From NCBI GenBank assembly GCA_905178155.1, contig CAJINV010000020.1, forward strand, positions 1,178,001 through 1,242,000: a stretch of DNA of 64,000 nucleotides, in the 5' to 3' direction. Source of the stretch: Amoebophrya sp. A120. Taxonomy: Eukaryota; Protista; Dinoflagellata. Below the pieces are notes generated by a model, which saw only the letters and a program-made list of their open reading frames with translations, made no database searches and was not told where the DNA came from. Below, in pieces: positions 45,153-58,094 of this stretch (positions are counted from its first letter, which is position 1; each line of letters opens with the position of its first letter). The position numbers and the translations under genes were made by a program.

Positions 45153-47149
45153 TTATTTTCAAGAATTAGAAGAGCAAGTAAAGCCACCTTACTTCGTACT
45201 GGTTCCTTTTTTAGGTTTCTTTTTCTTTTATGCGACGTCAATATGCGTCGAAACGCGCTCGACGCGCCGCCTTTGGAAAAATATTTTTGTGAGGTAGATG
45301 CACTTCAGACCACGCGGGCGGTTGACAAAACTCAAGCTGCTTCACTCAAAGTAAATTAGTGCTTCCAGATGAGGAGCTCCTCTCCAAGAGAGCTTCGACG
45401 ACAGCTTAAACTCGAAGCAACATCTCTCAGCCTCTCTTTCCACGGCGGCCCGCTCAGCCACCACACTCTTCACAGGCGAGAGGTGAAGACGTGAAGGAAC
45501 TTCCACAGCATCGTCCGGATCGGCTCGAGCTATTCATCAAAGTCCCAAGACGAAGCGCTGTGCTCTTCTCTGTTTTTTTCAAAAAAGTAGATACAAGGCC
45601 TGCAACAGCCTTTTCACAGGTAGATGCTGAAATGTTTCTTGCGATATTACGACCGCAGATGCGCTTCTGCTAAAAATATCGGGCTTGTTTTTTACATGGC
45701 ATTGATTGTGACATTTAAACTTACAAGTAGTGAACGTGTTTTCTCGATTTTTCGCTCGGAAAATTGTACAATATCGGGCGTTGAGCGCTAATCAAAAAAC
45801 TTTTGTTGCATGATTTTCCAAATAGTTGAAACTCAACTGTCGTGGCAAGTGGTACGAATTTCAAGTTGTAAAAGTATGGGGAATTATGGCTCTGAATCTA
45901 GATAAAACAGTCTACTTACATCTGGGAGAAAACGAAAAGTGATAGTTGTGAAGGCGACTCAGACTTTAACTTAGACATAGACTTTCTTCGGTGATTAAAA
46001 TATTTTCTGCTGCTCAGCTTGTGAATCTTAACTAATCTCAACAAACTTTATACCTTTTGCAAGTTTGCAAATGCAAGCGTGAATCTAATTATCGTCTTCA
46101 GATATTAGAGGGCTGGTTTATGAAATCTTGTTTTCTCTTGATTTTTGATTATGAGTTTGACGTTGTAATTTGTCGCGCCAACAACTGCGATACCGGACGA
46201 TGCCGTCCATCTGCATGTTGCTGCTTCAACATCTGGATGAAGGTCGTAGTCGTACCTAACTACAAGAACAACCATGATCATTTATTTTGCCGCACGAATT
46301 GTTCCAGATTCGCTCGGCGACTTGAAAAAGGAATCAGCATCTTGACGACGGTCGGCATTTTGCAAAAACGTCGAGTCCTCTCAGCCCCCGGCTTCTTCCA
46401 CCGCGTCGGGCTCGCTGCCCTCGGTTTCGCCTTCCGGTACTACCGGTAGATTCACCGGTCCACCTCCGAAGTTCGAACGCATCTGTAAGTAGATATCCTG
46501 CCGGTGCTGCGTAATCACCGCGGTGGCTGCCTCATCCTGCTTGCGCATCGGAGATTTGAGGAAGGTCGACCAGCTCTGTTTTGGAAGTAACAAAATGATT
46601 GATGTTGAAAGTTAAAGAGCATCATCGTGTAGAAAGAAGATCATCAACGAAAGCCGCACGGCTAAAAACCAAACAGATCGAAAACCGCAACAACATGCAG
46701 CGTAATGTTATACACGACGCTCTTGCACGCAAGAAATGTGATAGACTGTCACACCGTGGTGCATAACATGACGCACGATGGCATCACGTACGCATAGCGC
46801 AAAGGAAAACCTAGACATGCAGAATCGATATAAAGATCTGGTGTTTATTGCATTGACCAAAAATTACAACATACCCTGCGAATTTCGGAAGAAGGCCTCT
46901 GGAGGTGCGGAACATGTAGCGTAACGTACTTCGTATCTGGATCTTCAGGCACCTGGAGGTGGGTTGCGATTCATTTTTGACAAAATCGCATTCGCATTGC
47001 ACGTTCATGCAAGATGAATCAACATCGGTGGGTCGATCAGCAATCTAACTCTAAGTCTACAAGCACGAAAAACAAAAAGTAAAAGAAAAAGACGAAGAAA
47101 AAGAACAATCAACAAATTGAAATTCCTACGTACCGTAAACACGATTCTT

Positions 47150-50100
47150 CGTCCCAGTTTTCCCTTGAAGGCGCACTGCGTCCCCGGCTTGCTGCCCTTC
47201 GGGATCGCGACCCGGTAGCTCTGGACGGACCTCGCTTGCGATTCCTCCGTGCGGAGGGAGTGCAAAAGCGTTTCTTCCTCTTTCAGCACCGGATTTGCCA
47301 TCTGCTCCTGCAACCGCTTCGAAAGGCCCGGACCGTCGTACGGCTCGGCTTCAGCCTCGATTTGTTGTAGTTCATCAGGAAGCTGTTCTACTGGCTGTTG
47401 GTCCGTACTGATTGTTTCATCCGCAGTGTCTGTTGATGTGCTCGTCGGTGCAGTTACAGATGACAACTGCGCGGAGGTGCTTGCACCACTTGGGGCTTGC
47501 TTACCTCCAGCAGAGCTCGATGGTGCGTCTACTGGAACTGTGGATGAAGAGGCCGGTGCGGAGGTTTCATCTTCCGCAGCAGATGTAGCGTCAGAAAAAA
47601 GCGGTGCTGAAACCTCAGATGAACTGCATGCGGGGTCGTGTGGCTCCAGAGGTTTCCCCTTCTCCTCTTGCTCTTGCGGACCGACTGCGTCAGCACTTCG
47701 GAATCCTTTCGCGTCTTGAGTAGTACCGGCTGCGCCTCCTTCTTCTATCACAGCGCAATCTTCCGCACTGATGTCTGAAGCAACGGATGAGCCTTCGCGA
47801 CTGTTGTTCTGTTGCACCTCCTCGAGTTCCGGCTCTAGAACGCGGGGCTTCGCCGAAAAAGTAGCTGCCAAGTCGTCGGACGGCGTAAATTTTTTCGGCA
47901 CGATGTTGCTATCCGATTCGGGTGTGGAGGGTTCCGGAGACAGGGATTCACTCGCGTCCTCGAAGTGTAGATCGTCCTCGTCCTCGATGCGATTTTCCGT
48001 GATGTGTTCCTGCTTTGTCTTGATCTTCGCTTCGACGGAGGTCGCGACAGAATCGGCTACTTCTACTGAAGGAGACGTCTCTACTGCAACATCAGTCTCC
48101 TGCTGGTCTTGTGTTTCGCCCTCGTGTCGTTGTAGTTCCTGTCTGATTTCATCTTGCTCAACAGCGCCGCTGGGTGCGTCTGGTTCTTGATGTCCATCTA
48201 GATCTAGATGCAGCTCCCGAGAAAGAGGAGTAGTTTCAGCACTAACTACCGGCTGCACATTATCGCCTGGTGCCTTTGTTCTCTCCTCACTTTCATGATC
48301 TTCAGCGGGTGTACTAGTGTCGGCCATCGGCACCGGCTGCGTCTTTCTCGGTGGGGATTCCGACGGGGGCCGCGAAGAAGTATTTCCTCCTCTATGGAGG
48401 TGTTCTCAAGCGTTACATTCTCAACTGTTACATGATTTGCCATGCAAAATGAGCATCAACATCCACACAATGAAGCTACTTCGCATGACAAATGTTGAAA
48501 AGGCTAAACAGCGCCTGAAACTGTGCGGAATTTGTAATGCTACAGGTGTAGCCTCCCTTCTTTGTCTTTTGCCATTCTTGCAATTACAAATTCATGTAAC
48601 AGTTGTTGAGAATGTAACATTTGAGAACTCCATATCCTCCAGAAGACCGTTTTTTCTTGAACCCCGGCGGCGGACTTCCCCCGTAGCCATTTTTCGGTGC
48701 CACGATGCAGAATTTCTCCTTCGTCGGACTAGCTCGCGGGTTTTTGTTCCGGGGGTTGGACAGGCGAGAGTTGCTGATGTCCTTGTCGTGGCCCCCGCTC
48801 GAGGCTTTATTGCTAGTGCTGTTGTAGGACGCCTTCGCCGTGTTCAACATGTTACTCCTTTTGCTTTTACTCCCGACACTGGACGGCGAGCTGTTACTTG
48901 TGCCCTTCGAAGAACTCGGGGACGTGCAGGCACGAAGTGTGTTCGAAGCAGCAGCAGTGGTGTTACTTGGCCCGTTTCTGGTTTTCCATCTCCTCGCTTC
49001 GGGCGACCCAACCGCTTTCGTCCGCGGCGGTGGATTGATCCGAACTATCGGCGGCGCGTGTAGTAGTTGCAGCGAGTGCGAGGGGGTCGATGAAGAGGAA
49101 CTACTTTTCGAATTTCCAACTCCATGCACCTCCTTCGTCGGACTCTCATACGGCTGCACGCCGATGGGCAGTTTTCTCCCGACTATCGCCCCGCTGTTGA
49201 GTCCTTTTTTCATCTTGGGCGTCCATTCCGGACTGGCTTTGGCTGGATTCGATTTGTTCAAAGACTTATTGCTGGACTCTGTACTCCCCGGGCCCTTAAA
49301 GTAGTTCTCGACAATTTCGTGGCTCGAATTCGTGCTGGGGCTAAGAACTAGGTCGTCCACGACTTCCTGGGATGAGACGGGGCCCTTAGATGTTGACGAC
49401 GAGACCACACGGGGACCCTCTTCGCCGGGCGCAGGAGCAGCTCCGGCTGACGACGCGGACGCGCAGCTACTGGAAGAAGCAGATTCAGTAGCTGATCCTC
49501 TTTTCGACGTAGTTTCAATCGTTGTTTTCACTTTCACTCCACTGGCGTAGTGCGGGGCCGGCGTCTGCCCGGACCCGTCCTTTCGTTCGCGAAAAAAGTT
49601 CTTCAACTTGTCGTGAATGACCTCCTGGGCGCGCTGTTCCTCCCGCAGCCGAAACTGTTCCAGCAGCGCTTTCGCGTCGAGTTCATCCGAGTCAATGGGG
49701 ATGTTTTGTTCCTGCTGTTCCTCATCGATAAATTCCTGGATGCTCATCACAGGGGGGTGGGGAATGCCGGAAGGGGAAGAGGCTGGTACTGGTCGTGGAT
49801 GCTGATTCAGCCCTGTCGTCTTCCTCTTTGCGGTACTCGTGCTTGCTCCTCCTGCTGCTGCACTGGATGAAGATGAGCTCGAAGAAGTTGCGAATGACCC
49901 AGCCTTAATATTCCCTCCCGTCGAAGATGTAGTTGAACTCGAAGATGACACTGGACTCGCCCGTTTGTTCCCAGCGGCCGGGACAACGGTCACGTTTACA
50001 TGCGGCGGCTTCTGGTCGTCCGCACGTGGTTATGAGAGTGCACAACTCCCCCTCCCCCTCATTTGTATTGCATGAACAGCAATACAGGCATCAGCAAGGA

Positions 50101-50685
50101 TGCCGGTTTTGCATGACAAATTTGCACTGGAGTGTAGTTCTATTGGGGCTGCCAGAACTTGTCATGCAAACAGTGCCAAGGGGCAATGGGTGGATAGGGT
50201 ATTTTGCATGACAAACGAGGGGGAGGGGGACTTGTGCACTCACATAGTGGTCGCGACGAGACTGCGCAGTCTGACGCCACCTTGGCAGTGGTGAAAACAA
50301 ACGCTGGATTGGAATTATCCATGGCAGGTTCTTCCTGCTCTGGGTCTACTTGCTCTGCTCTCGTCGTCCTAACAGGTGCATTTGTACACCTACCGCTGCT
50401 CTTCATCTTCTCCCCCGTAGTGCTACTAGCCATCCTCAACGCGGCCCCGCCTGCGAGAAGTTTCGATTTGTTGGTGATGGAAAAGGCCGCGGGCACCCGC
50501 TCCTTCTTTGGCGACAACGCGATCCCGCGGGATTTGAAAATGTCCGCGTAGTCCGAGCTCCGCAGCTTCTCCTTGAACGCCCGGTGCTGCTCCAGCACGT
50601 CCGCCGGGTTGCCAGTTGAATTGTGGAAAGATGTTCCTCCAGAAGGCCTGGTCGAAGGCCGGGAAGTGCTTGGCTGGTTGTTCAT
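47150..50685 (-). CDS. Large Ser/Glu-rich low-complexity protein (at least 3 exons; probably continues at ~46380-46580)
   Basis: ORFs 50140-50685, 48584-49993 and 47005-48333 join in frame across two introners (SSRP|RADDQK; SSGG|GNTSS). Confidence 0.7.
48393..48634. mobile_element. Introner, family 1
   Basis: TIRs; TSD tcctc; frame restored. Confidence 0.88.
50031..50246. mobile_element. Introner, family 4
   Basis: TIRs; TSD gtggt (no AG available, so non-canonical); frame restored. Confidence 0.88.
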
Positions 50686-51590
50686 CTTGAAATGATCCTG
50701 GTGATCTTCAAACTAAAAACTCCGACTCTAGTACCACTTCCGTAGAAGCTTTGCCAGCGTGAGGAAGTCGCGTGCGACACTGCAGGCTTCGTCGTGGCAA
50801 TCCTCTCTATCAAAAAAATCGCTATCGCACGACCGAATGAAAGAGCATGTGGACTTTGTTTTCGCAACTACTGGCTCTCCTGATAGTTGCACTGACATCA
50901 AGCCAACTCATAACTTACGTTCGTCAATGATTTTCATCGAAACTACATGTGTCGACATCTTAAACTTAATGGAAAGCCAACAACGATAAAAGCAATAAAG
51001 AATAAGTAACCCACCAGCGCGAACTAGAAGCCAGGTCTCTCAGCAAGAAAGGATTTTCGTGGTTCTTCTTTATCGCTCTCGCTCACTCGTGACGCAAAAT
51101 GAAAATACTCTCACGGAGCGGACCCGAAGAAATTAGCTACCGAATAATTAAACGAGAACAAATTATCACTTGAACTACGAGCCTCCTCGTGGATGCAGAT
51201 GGTGGAAAAAGGTCCTAGTTTACGTGGTGCTTACTTTGGTCTCTGTAAAATACAGAAGAGCAAAATTTGTCGGCACGTAGTGAAACGATTGCGAGTAGCT
51301 GCCTATTCTGCATATACATTTCCCAAGTGTGAGGACCGAGTCCCCTTCGAAGGAGAAGATCATCTGCTACGATACTTATGGCGATTCCTAAATTTTCGTT
51401 TTACAACGGTTCGATTGAATATTGAGACGTAAGTATGTCGCCTTGTTTTGAAACATTTACGAGATGGCTGTGCAATTTTACATGATTGAATAATATTGTT
51501 CGTCGAAATACTTTTCGTAAAGCGGAAGTGTAATATAATGTGGTAGGTCCTAAGTAAGGTAGAAGCGCAGTGTCGAACGGTCGAAGTACT

Positions 51591-52960
51591 TTACTTAATT
51601 TTCTCAGCCAGTCTTTTTCTTTCCTTCCTCGCCAGCAGGCCGTGCGCAGGTGCAGCTGCTCGTCCTTGTGAATACAATCTCAGACTTTCGCTCACTTGAT
51701 GACGGGAAACGTTTGCTCCGCCTTGGGACACTCCACTGGCTTCCTCGTTCTTGGACTCGTGCCCGTCGAATGACTGATGTTGCGGTTGCTCATCGTCCTG
51801 CATATCACCGGCTGCATGCGGATCTCCTGCGGCCCAGGCTTTCGCTCTTCGTTTGCGCTCTCAGCGAGCTCTGTCAAGTTGCTGCTGCAAGAAGGAGATC
51901 TTCATGATCATCAACAAACGATTATCGGGATGATGCTTCTTCCGGCCTTGTTTCCTCAAATGCGCGCATTCTGCAGCAGTTTCTGCAGGAGCTTTTTCCG
52001 CGTTACTGCACTTGGACTGCTGATGCTTGCCTCAAACAACTCCGGGTCTGGGCTGGTTGCGAGTTGTTGTGCGAGCCCCGGGGCGGACATGGAGGTGCTC
52101 AAAGTTGTGGATGACAGTGTCGCCGTGCTCGCGGAAGAGTACAACGGTTTCGGATTTTCATTCCGAGTCCGAGTCCTCAAAGCGGATTTTTCGTTTCTTA
52201 TCATCCTCAGCTTGATCTCCAAAAAGTCGTTCGCGTTTGTCTCGCGCCGGTACGCCAGCGCATCACTGCTGTCCAGGCTAAGCGCTTTGCGGTGGGCGTA
52301 CTCAACTTTTTGGATCTCTTCCTTCGCCTGCAAGTGGTTTTCAGTGGTGATTCTCTTCTGCAGGGACAGTTGCTTCTCTGCAAGGTCTCGGTTGCTTTCT
52401 GTCATCGCGAGCTGTTGCTGTGTTTTGTCCAACTCCGAAGTTTTGTCTTCCAGCTGCTTTTTGATTTCAGCCACCGCCTCGTCCTTTTTCCGCAGGGAAA
52501 CGAGCAGTTCATCACGCTTCTTGCGCCATTCCCGAAGATCAGTGGCGTGCTCTTCCTCTAGCACAGAACGGTCGTGCGCTGCGGCGAGCTGGAGTTTTTT
52601 TTTGTAATACGTAGGCCGTACTAATGATACTGCAAGATAAGAATAACCACTGAAAAGAATAAAGCTGCAAGAGGGTGAACTACCACGACATCTGTTCATG
52701 TAACTGCACTTTTTCGATCATGCTAAAAATGGCGTGCAATTATCGCATTATACAACGAACAAGAAGACACTGCATAACTAAGTACCTTGGCATCCGCCTG
52801 TTCCTGTTCGTGCTGTGTTTTCAAGCCTTCAATTTCGGCTTGAAAACGCGCAGTCAACTCCTCGATCTCGACGGACCCACGGGCAGCTCCATCCTCGAGC
52901 TGCGCCGCAGCGTCCTTCTTCATTTTCTCGATCTGTGCCTCCAAAGCTTCCCCTGTGAAG
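51591..52960 (-). CDS. Coiled-coil protein (multi-exon, boundaries approximate)
   Basis: E/K/Q-rich helical ORFs 52723-53109, 51956-52699 and 51591-51803. Confidence 0.5.
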
Positions 52961-53285
52961 ACAATGGTGGTCATATGGAGGTTGGGAATCAAGATCATGA
53001 AAGAAGCGAGAGATGACCGTTTTCCTCCAAAATCAGCTGGCACAGCAGGAACTGGCGTAAAAAGCAAAAGAGGACGGTGACAAGTCGGAGTCAAAATAGG
53101 GGAGAACAACTATCGGGGGAAGCGGAAAGGTAGGCGGGCAAAAAGAAAATTATCGGATAGATCTGCTGAAAAGGATGTTGCGAACCGCTGCGGCTACTCG
53201 TATGATCTCCACGACGAGCTCCACAAACACTTCTGCTTTCGAATTTTTCTTCCGACGAGAACAATATCAGCACTACAAGACGTCG

Positions 53286-56200
53286 CTAGCCGAACAGGCC
53301 TCCGAAGAAGCCCTTATCTTCCTCTTCCTTGATGCTCCCGCCAGCTACACTTGTTCTCTTTCTCGCGGGCGCAGCGCCGCTCGCTCCCGCAGATCTACTT
53401 GGAGGTCGGAACGAAGCTGCCTCTTTTCCTGCTGATGCCGTTGACGGCGCCTTTCTCGGCTGACTGCCTGAAGCCGAGCCGGCTGTCGTCCTGACTGGGG
53501 ACGGACCGACAGTATCGTGATCCTGTAGCCTAGCCGAAGCCGCGCGCGATCCCGTGGAGCCAGCTGCTCGAACGGCGGTTGCCGTGCTAGGCTGTCGTTG
53601 CTCCGCTCCCGTTGTGCCAGCGCTTCCTCTAGTCGCAGTTGTTGCTCCTGTCGCTCTATGTTGCTCCGCGGCCGCGGCGGATTGCCTCTCTGTAGTTGTC
53701 CCCGACGGCGCAGCTCTCGCAGGAGCACCACCAGCACCTCTTCCTGCAGACGACAAAGTCGATCCGCCTGCTCGATCATTCGAACCTGTAACCCCGCTTT
53801 CCCTCGAACCAGTAGACGCCGCCATTCGCTGGGCCGCGCTGCCACGGGGTTGTGACGCTGCTGGAGGCGCGGCCGTAGTACGGGAACTCCCGGGAGTTTG
53901 TGATGCAGATTTCGCAGCCCCACCGCTCGCGCGGTCGGTTACGACGCTCTTTTTGTCCTCTAAAATGTGCGTATCAACGTACGGTTCATCGTCCACAAAC
54001 GCCTCGTCCTCTTCTTCCCCCGGCGCAGCCGCTTCCCCCGCAGAGCTCCTTTTACTTTCCGCGATCCGTTTGCTCGGCATGTTGTGACTCGGGTGCGCAG
54101 CTTTCGCCGCATGAATGTAGTCGTCGCGAGACATGCTGTTTTGCAACACCCACTTCGGCACTTGGTCATCCGCCGGCGCGCCCCGGGGCTTCAAAACCGG
54201 GAACGGGTGTGGTGGGTGCTGTGGATCCGCTACGGGTAGGGGTTCCTCCTTCACGACGATCTTCTCCACCGGAACGCCGAGATCGACCCCCCCATACATC
54301 GACTGTGTGTGCTCTTCCACTTCAATCCCGTCCCCCTTTTCCTTATGGTGCACGGACGTGTGCTTCGTCTCCTTCCGCAACGTCGGGATTAATCTCGGGT
54401 ACTCCGACATCGGTTCCCGCCCCTTCTCTGTGTGCGCGGTGGTTTTCTTCACCGCGTTGATCTCCTCCAAAATCGGTCGGGGTAAGTAATTTAAAATCTT
54501 TTCCACGTTGATGTTCAATTTTCGCTTCTTGATCAAGTACTTGGCCAGCGTCATCGCCTTCGCGCACTCGAAGAGTTCGTGCACGCTTGGGACTTTTTTC
54601 CGCAGAGTTTCCATGTTTTCCGAAAAGTGGTGTGCGTGGAGCAACGCCGGATCATCCGGCTCGGTCAGAGGTGCGTCGCGGTACCCCTCGGGACCCATTT
54701 CCAATCGGCGCGCGTCCACGATCATTTTCACGTCGACGATAAAAACCCGGTCCTGCGAGATCGTCACGTTCCCGTCCTGGATCACGAACCACTGCCGGGC
54801 TCCGGTGGAACTGTGGTCCGTGGCGAATAAAGACTCGAACTTCACCCCTTCCACCGGGGCGTCGCCGAAGCTGAATTTTTTCAAGAAGTAATCTGCCTGG
54901 AACATGACTTCGCCTAGCGGTCCGTTGCACATCTCATCCGGAATGAACCGCTTTTTCTGCTGTTTCCCGCCCAAATCGTGCGGGTCCGCCGGGTCGAGAG
55001 AGAACACTGGATCTTGCCCGTTGTTCAAGTGGATCATTTTACACGCCTCGACCAAATATTCCAAGTTGATGCTGTGCCGGATGTCGTGCGCCTTCCCCAC
55101 GTGCATGTTTTCGTCGGAATCTAAGAAGACGCAGCAGTGCTTCGGGTCCTTTGCCAATTCCGTTTTGTCCGCTTCGTCGAAGAGGTAGAGGGTGTCCTCT
55201 GGCCGCCCACGGTACGCGTCCGACCACACACACGCATGGCCGCGCTCGATCTCGTCCGTGGCGCGGATCTGCTTCTGCCGCTCCTCGTCGTGCTTCGCGT
55301 TCGCGATGTTCTCCGTGATTTCTGCGTAGCAGGGCTCGCACACGTAACGCGTTTCGTCTCCTGGGTCCGGGTATCAAATGCAAAAGTGTCTGGGTCTGGA
55401 AGAATGCATGATTTGCAATGCATATTTCTCATGACCCATGATGCCTGTAATGCATGACCTAGCATCGCAGACTTTTAGAGGGCTTCCTGATGCACCTTCC
55501 GCATGAGAAATGCCCTGTCCTCCGCGTAGCACAAATTGCATCCCTCTTGCTGGTCATGCAACACAATTTTTTTTCGAGTCCAAAAACAGCATGACAAGTT
55601 GCAATCTTCTAGACCTAGACATTTTTGCAGTTGATACCGGGAAGAACCCGTTATCCATGGCCTGGTTGCAGTGAGTGAACTATCCTGTGCAAAAGTATCG
55701 TACTCGTATTGTCGTCATGCATTACAAATCTTTTTGTTAAGGCAAATCAGCATTACAAATCTCATTTCTCATGCTGAGAAAATTTGTAATGCAGAAATCA
55801 TGTGTTATACGAGTGCGATACTTTTGCAGTTCATATGCACTTGAAGCAGCAGTGCCCGTCCGGCCCAACTTTGTGGTAGCTCTTGCCACCGGCTTGCATG
55901 ATCTGTGTCGACGTAAGATTTTGTTTTTCGAAAATCACTTTTGAGAAAAACATTAAGAAGACTGAAACGCACAAACAATAGTATCAGCAGGACATTATCT
56001 TCCATGAGGCGCGGGCACATCACGAGGCCAAACGCAAAGCAACTTCTGGCAATGAGGGTGTGAGCAGTCAAACGAACAAGAAAAACGACAAAACGAAACA
56101 AAAACGCAGCGGGCGGCTCAGTACTAACTTTACCTATCTCATTAAGGGCATCAGTGGGCGCAGCGCGGTATAAAGCGGTAACGTGCTACGCTGTAGCATG

Positions 56201-56991
56201 ATCGCGACCGCGTTTGAAGTTAATATCTTCGGTAGCATCGGCAACTTCTCGTCCGAGAATATGGGCGTTCGCTTTGGGCGGGCGCGGGCGCAAATGACCT
56301 GCAGCTCTCGGGCTAATTGTAGCGCAAGAAGTAGATCCGAGTTCGTCCTTAGCCAGCACGACAGCCAGCACGAAACGATTTCCATTTTTTGAGTTTGTAC
56401 CTGCCCGGACAGATTTTGGCCGCATCCAGCGCACTTCGGCACGCACTTCATGCAGGTGATCCCTTTCGATCCCTTGACAAACTGTCCCTTGATTGGGTCG
56501 CCACACGTGCTGCACTTGAAGCAGCGCGAGTGAAACTGCGATCCATCGCCCAGTCGCCCGATCTGCTCTCCAGAGCCCAGCGGCTCGTTGCAAAACGTGC
56601 ACACTCCTGGCTTCCCCGCGGGCGCTTGCTTCGCGGCCTGCGGGTGCTTCTTCTCCCATTCCGCCCGCTGGAATTTCTGCCCGCAGTCCGCGCAGAACCA
56701 GTCCGTGGGCTTGCAGGCCGCGATCGCCGCCGTGTCGGCCTTGTCTAAAAGCTTTTTCTTCTCCAAAAAGCCGCCGGTGATCGGCTTCGTACAGCTGATG
56801 CACTTGAAGCAACTGCTGTGCACATGGATGTCGCCCAGCGTCACACCGCCGTCGCCCTCGAGCATGGACTTCTTGCACGCGACGCAGTAGCCGGCTTCTT
56901 TCTCCGCGCAGGCCTGGCATTGCTTCCCACCACTTTCGGTCTCATAGTAGGTGCCGGTGATCGGCTTGCTGCAGTCGCAACAGTTCACCAT
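53286..56991 (-). CDS. LIM-domain protein with large C-terminal globular domain and low-complexity tail (multi-exon)
   Basis: LIM motifs CVACKK..HSSCFKCISC..CADC and CTFC..HSRCFKCSTC..CMKC; last LIM completed at CEPC; introners at 55372-55636 and 55681-55835. Confidence 0.75.
55372..55636. mobile_element. Introner
   Basis: tatcaaatgcaaaagtgtctgggtctggaaga / tcttctagacctagacatttttgcagttgata; TSD ccggg. Confidence 0.82.
55681..55835. mobile_element. Introner, family 2
   Basis: Close copy of 20201-20345; flanks tgaac/tgcac. Confidence 0.85.
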
Positions 56992-57806
56992 GTTGCTGTT
57001 GGTCGCGGATTTGGTGTGGTGGAAGGTGCGGGAAACGGAGGAGGAAAAGGTGGTGGAGGGGAACTAAAAAACGGAGGTGAGGTAAGAAAATTTGTCCGAA
57101 AAAAAATACACAAAGGCAAAAGTGTATGTAGTCAAAGCGTTGGTGGTGCGAGAAGTAGCTTATTCCTAATGTCAAGGGGGTCCCCTGATCGTCGTGATTA
57201 GATCTGCGCTGCCATGCTAGCTGAAGGGTAAAAAGGAGTTTTCATGTTTTTCTTGACAGGGCATGTTTGTTATATGTGTACTTTTGTTTATGGAGAGTTA
57301 GTGTGGTCAGCCTTACAATCCGAATCCTGGCAGTTTGTGTTTGACTTTGAGTTGACTGGAAATTCGAAGTAAAAGTAAGATGGCGCTGTTGCATAGTCTG
57401 CAGTACTTGAGGCACGAATGGTTCTGATGTACGATGCGACAAGGAAAGCGTGTACGAAGAGCATATGACCGATCTTTAGCTGTCAAATTCCTTCGCTGAA
57501 TCAGGACCGAAGTTTCCTTTCTTCCTGATATCTGTCTACGAATTCCAATTCGTGTACGAAAACGAAAATGTTTTCCACTGCAATGGTGTGTGTGGTGCCT
57601 TCTCGATACCGAAGATGCATTCAAAATTTGTCTGGTAGCTTAGAACGTTCTCATTCGCTATCATTGTTAATCTTCGATGTGGATGTTGGCTATTTGATAT
57701 TAGTGTAGTTAAAACTAGTCGTAGAAGTCATGCGAAACAAGCATGCGTGTTTTTCTTACAAACACAATGGCAACGGTGTGTTGTTCATTGTTCTTCACAA
57801 CTTCTC

Positions 57807-58094
57807 CTAACTAGTACAATATTCAAAAATACGTGTTATTATACTCTGTTTCTGCGCTTCAGCCTTGACAGCCGCCATTTTTCCGTCGTACTCCTTTTTC
57901 AATCGCGCTTCCAGCGCCGCCAGGTCCGCCGCCCCTTTGTCCCTTGCAGCTTTCACATCGCGATTCAGTTTCGAAATGTTACTTTCGCTGGACGATTTCG
58001 TCTGCTCCAAGGTGCCAGCCAGCTCCTCGTAGTAGGACCTGCACTTCTTGCACGGCTCCCACTTCGCGTCGCCCTTGTTGCTGCTTCCGAACAT
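57807..58094 (-). CDS. Small coiled-coil protein or exon
   Basis: 95-aa ORF, CKKC followed by a heptad-like region. Confidence 0.45.
   Translation of the reverse strand: MFGSSNKGDAKWEPCKKCRSYYEELAGTLEQTKSSSESNISKLNRDVKAARDKGAADLAALEARLKKEYDGKMAAVKAEAQKQSIITRIFEYCTS

Noticed and set aside
48681-48693. CCGTAGCCATTTT, matching the start of the dinoflagellate spliced leader
   Set aside because: Only 13 nt, antisense, and inside a coding exon (KNGYG); the GGCTCAAG end is missing, so it is likely chance.
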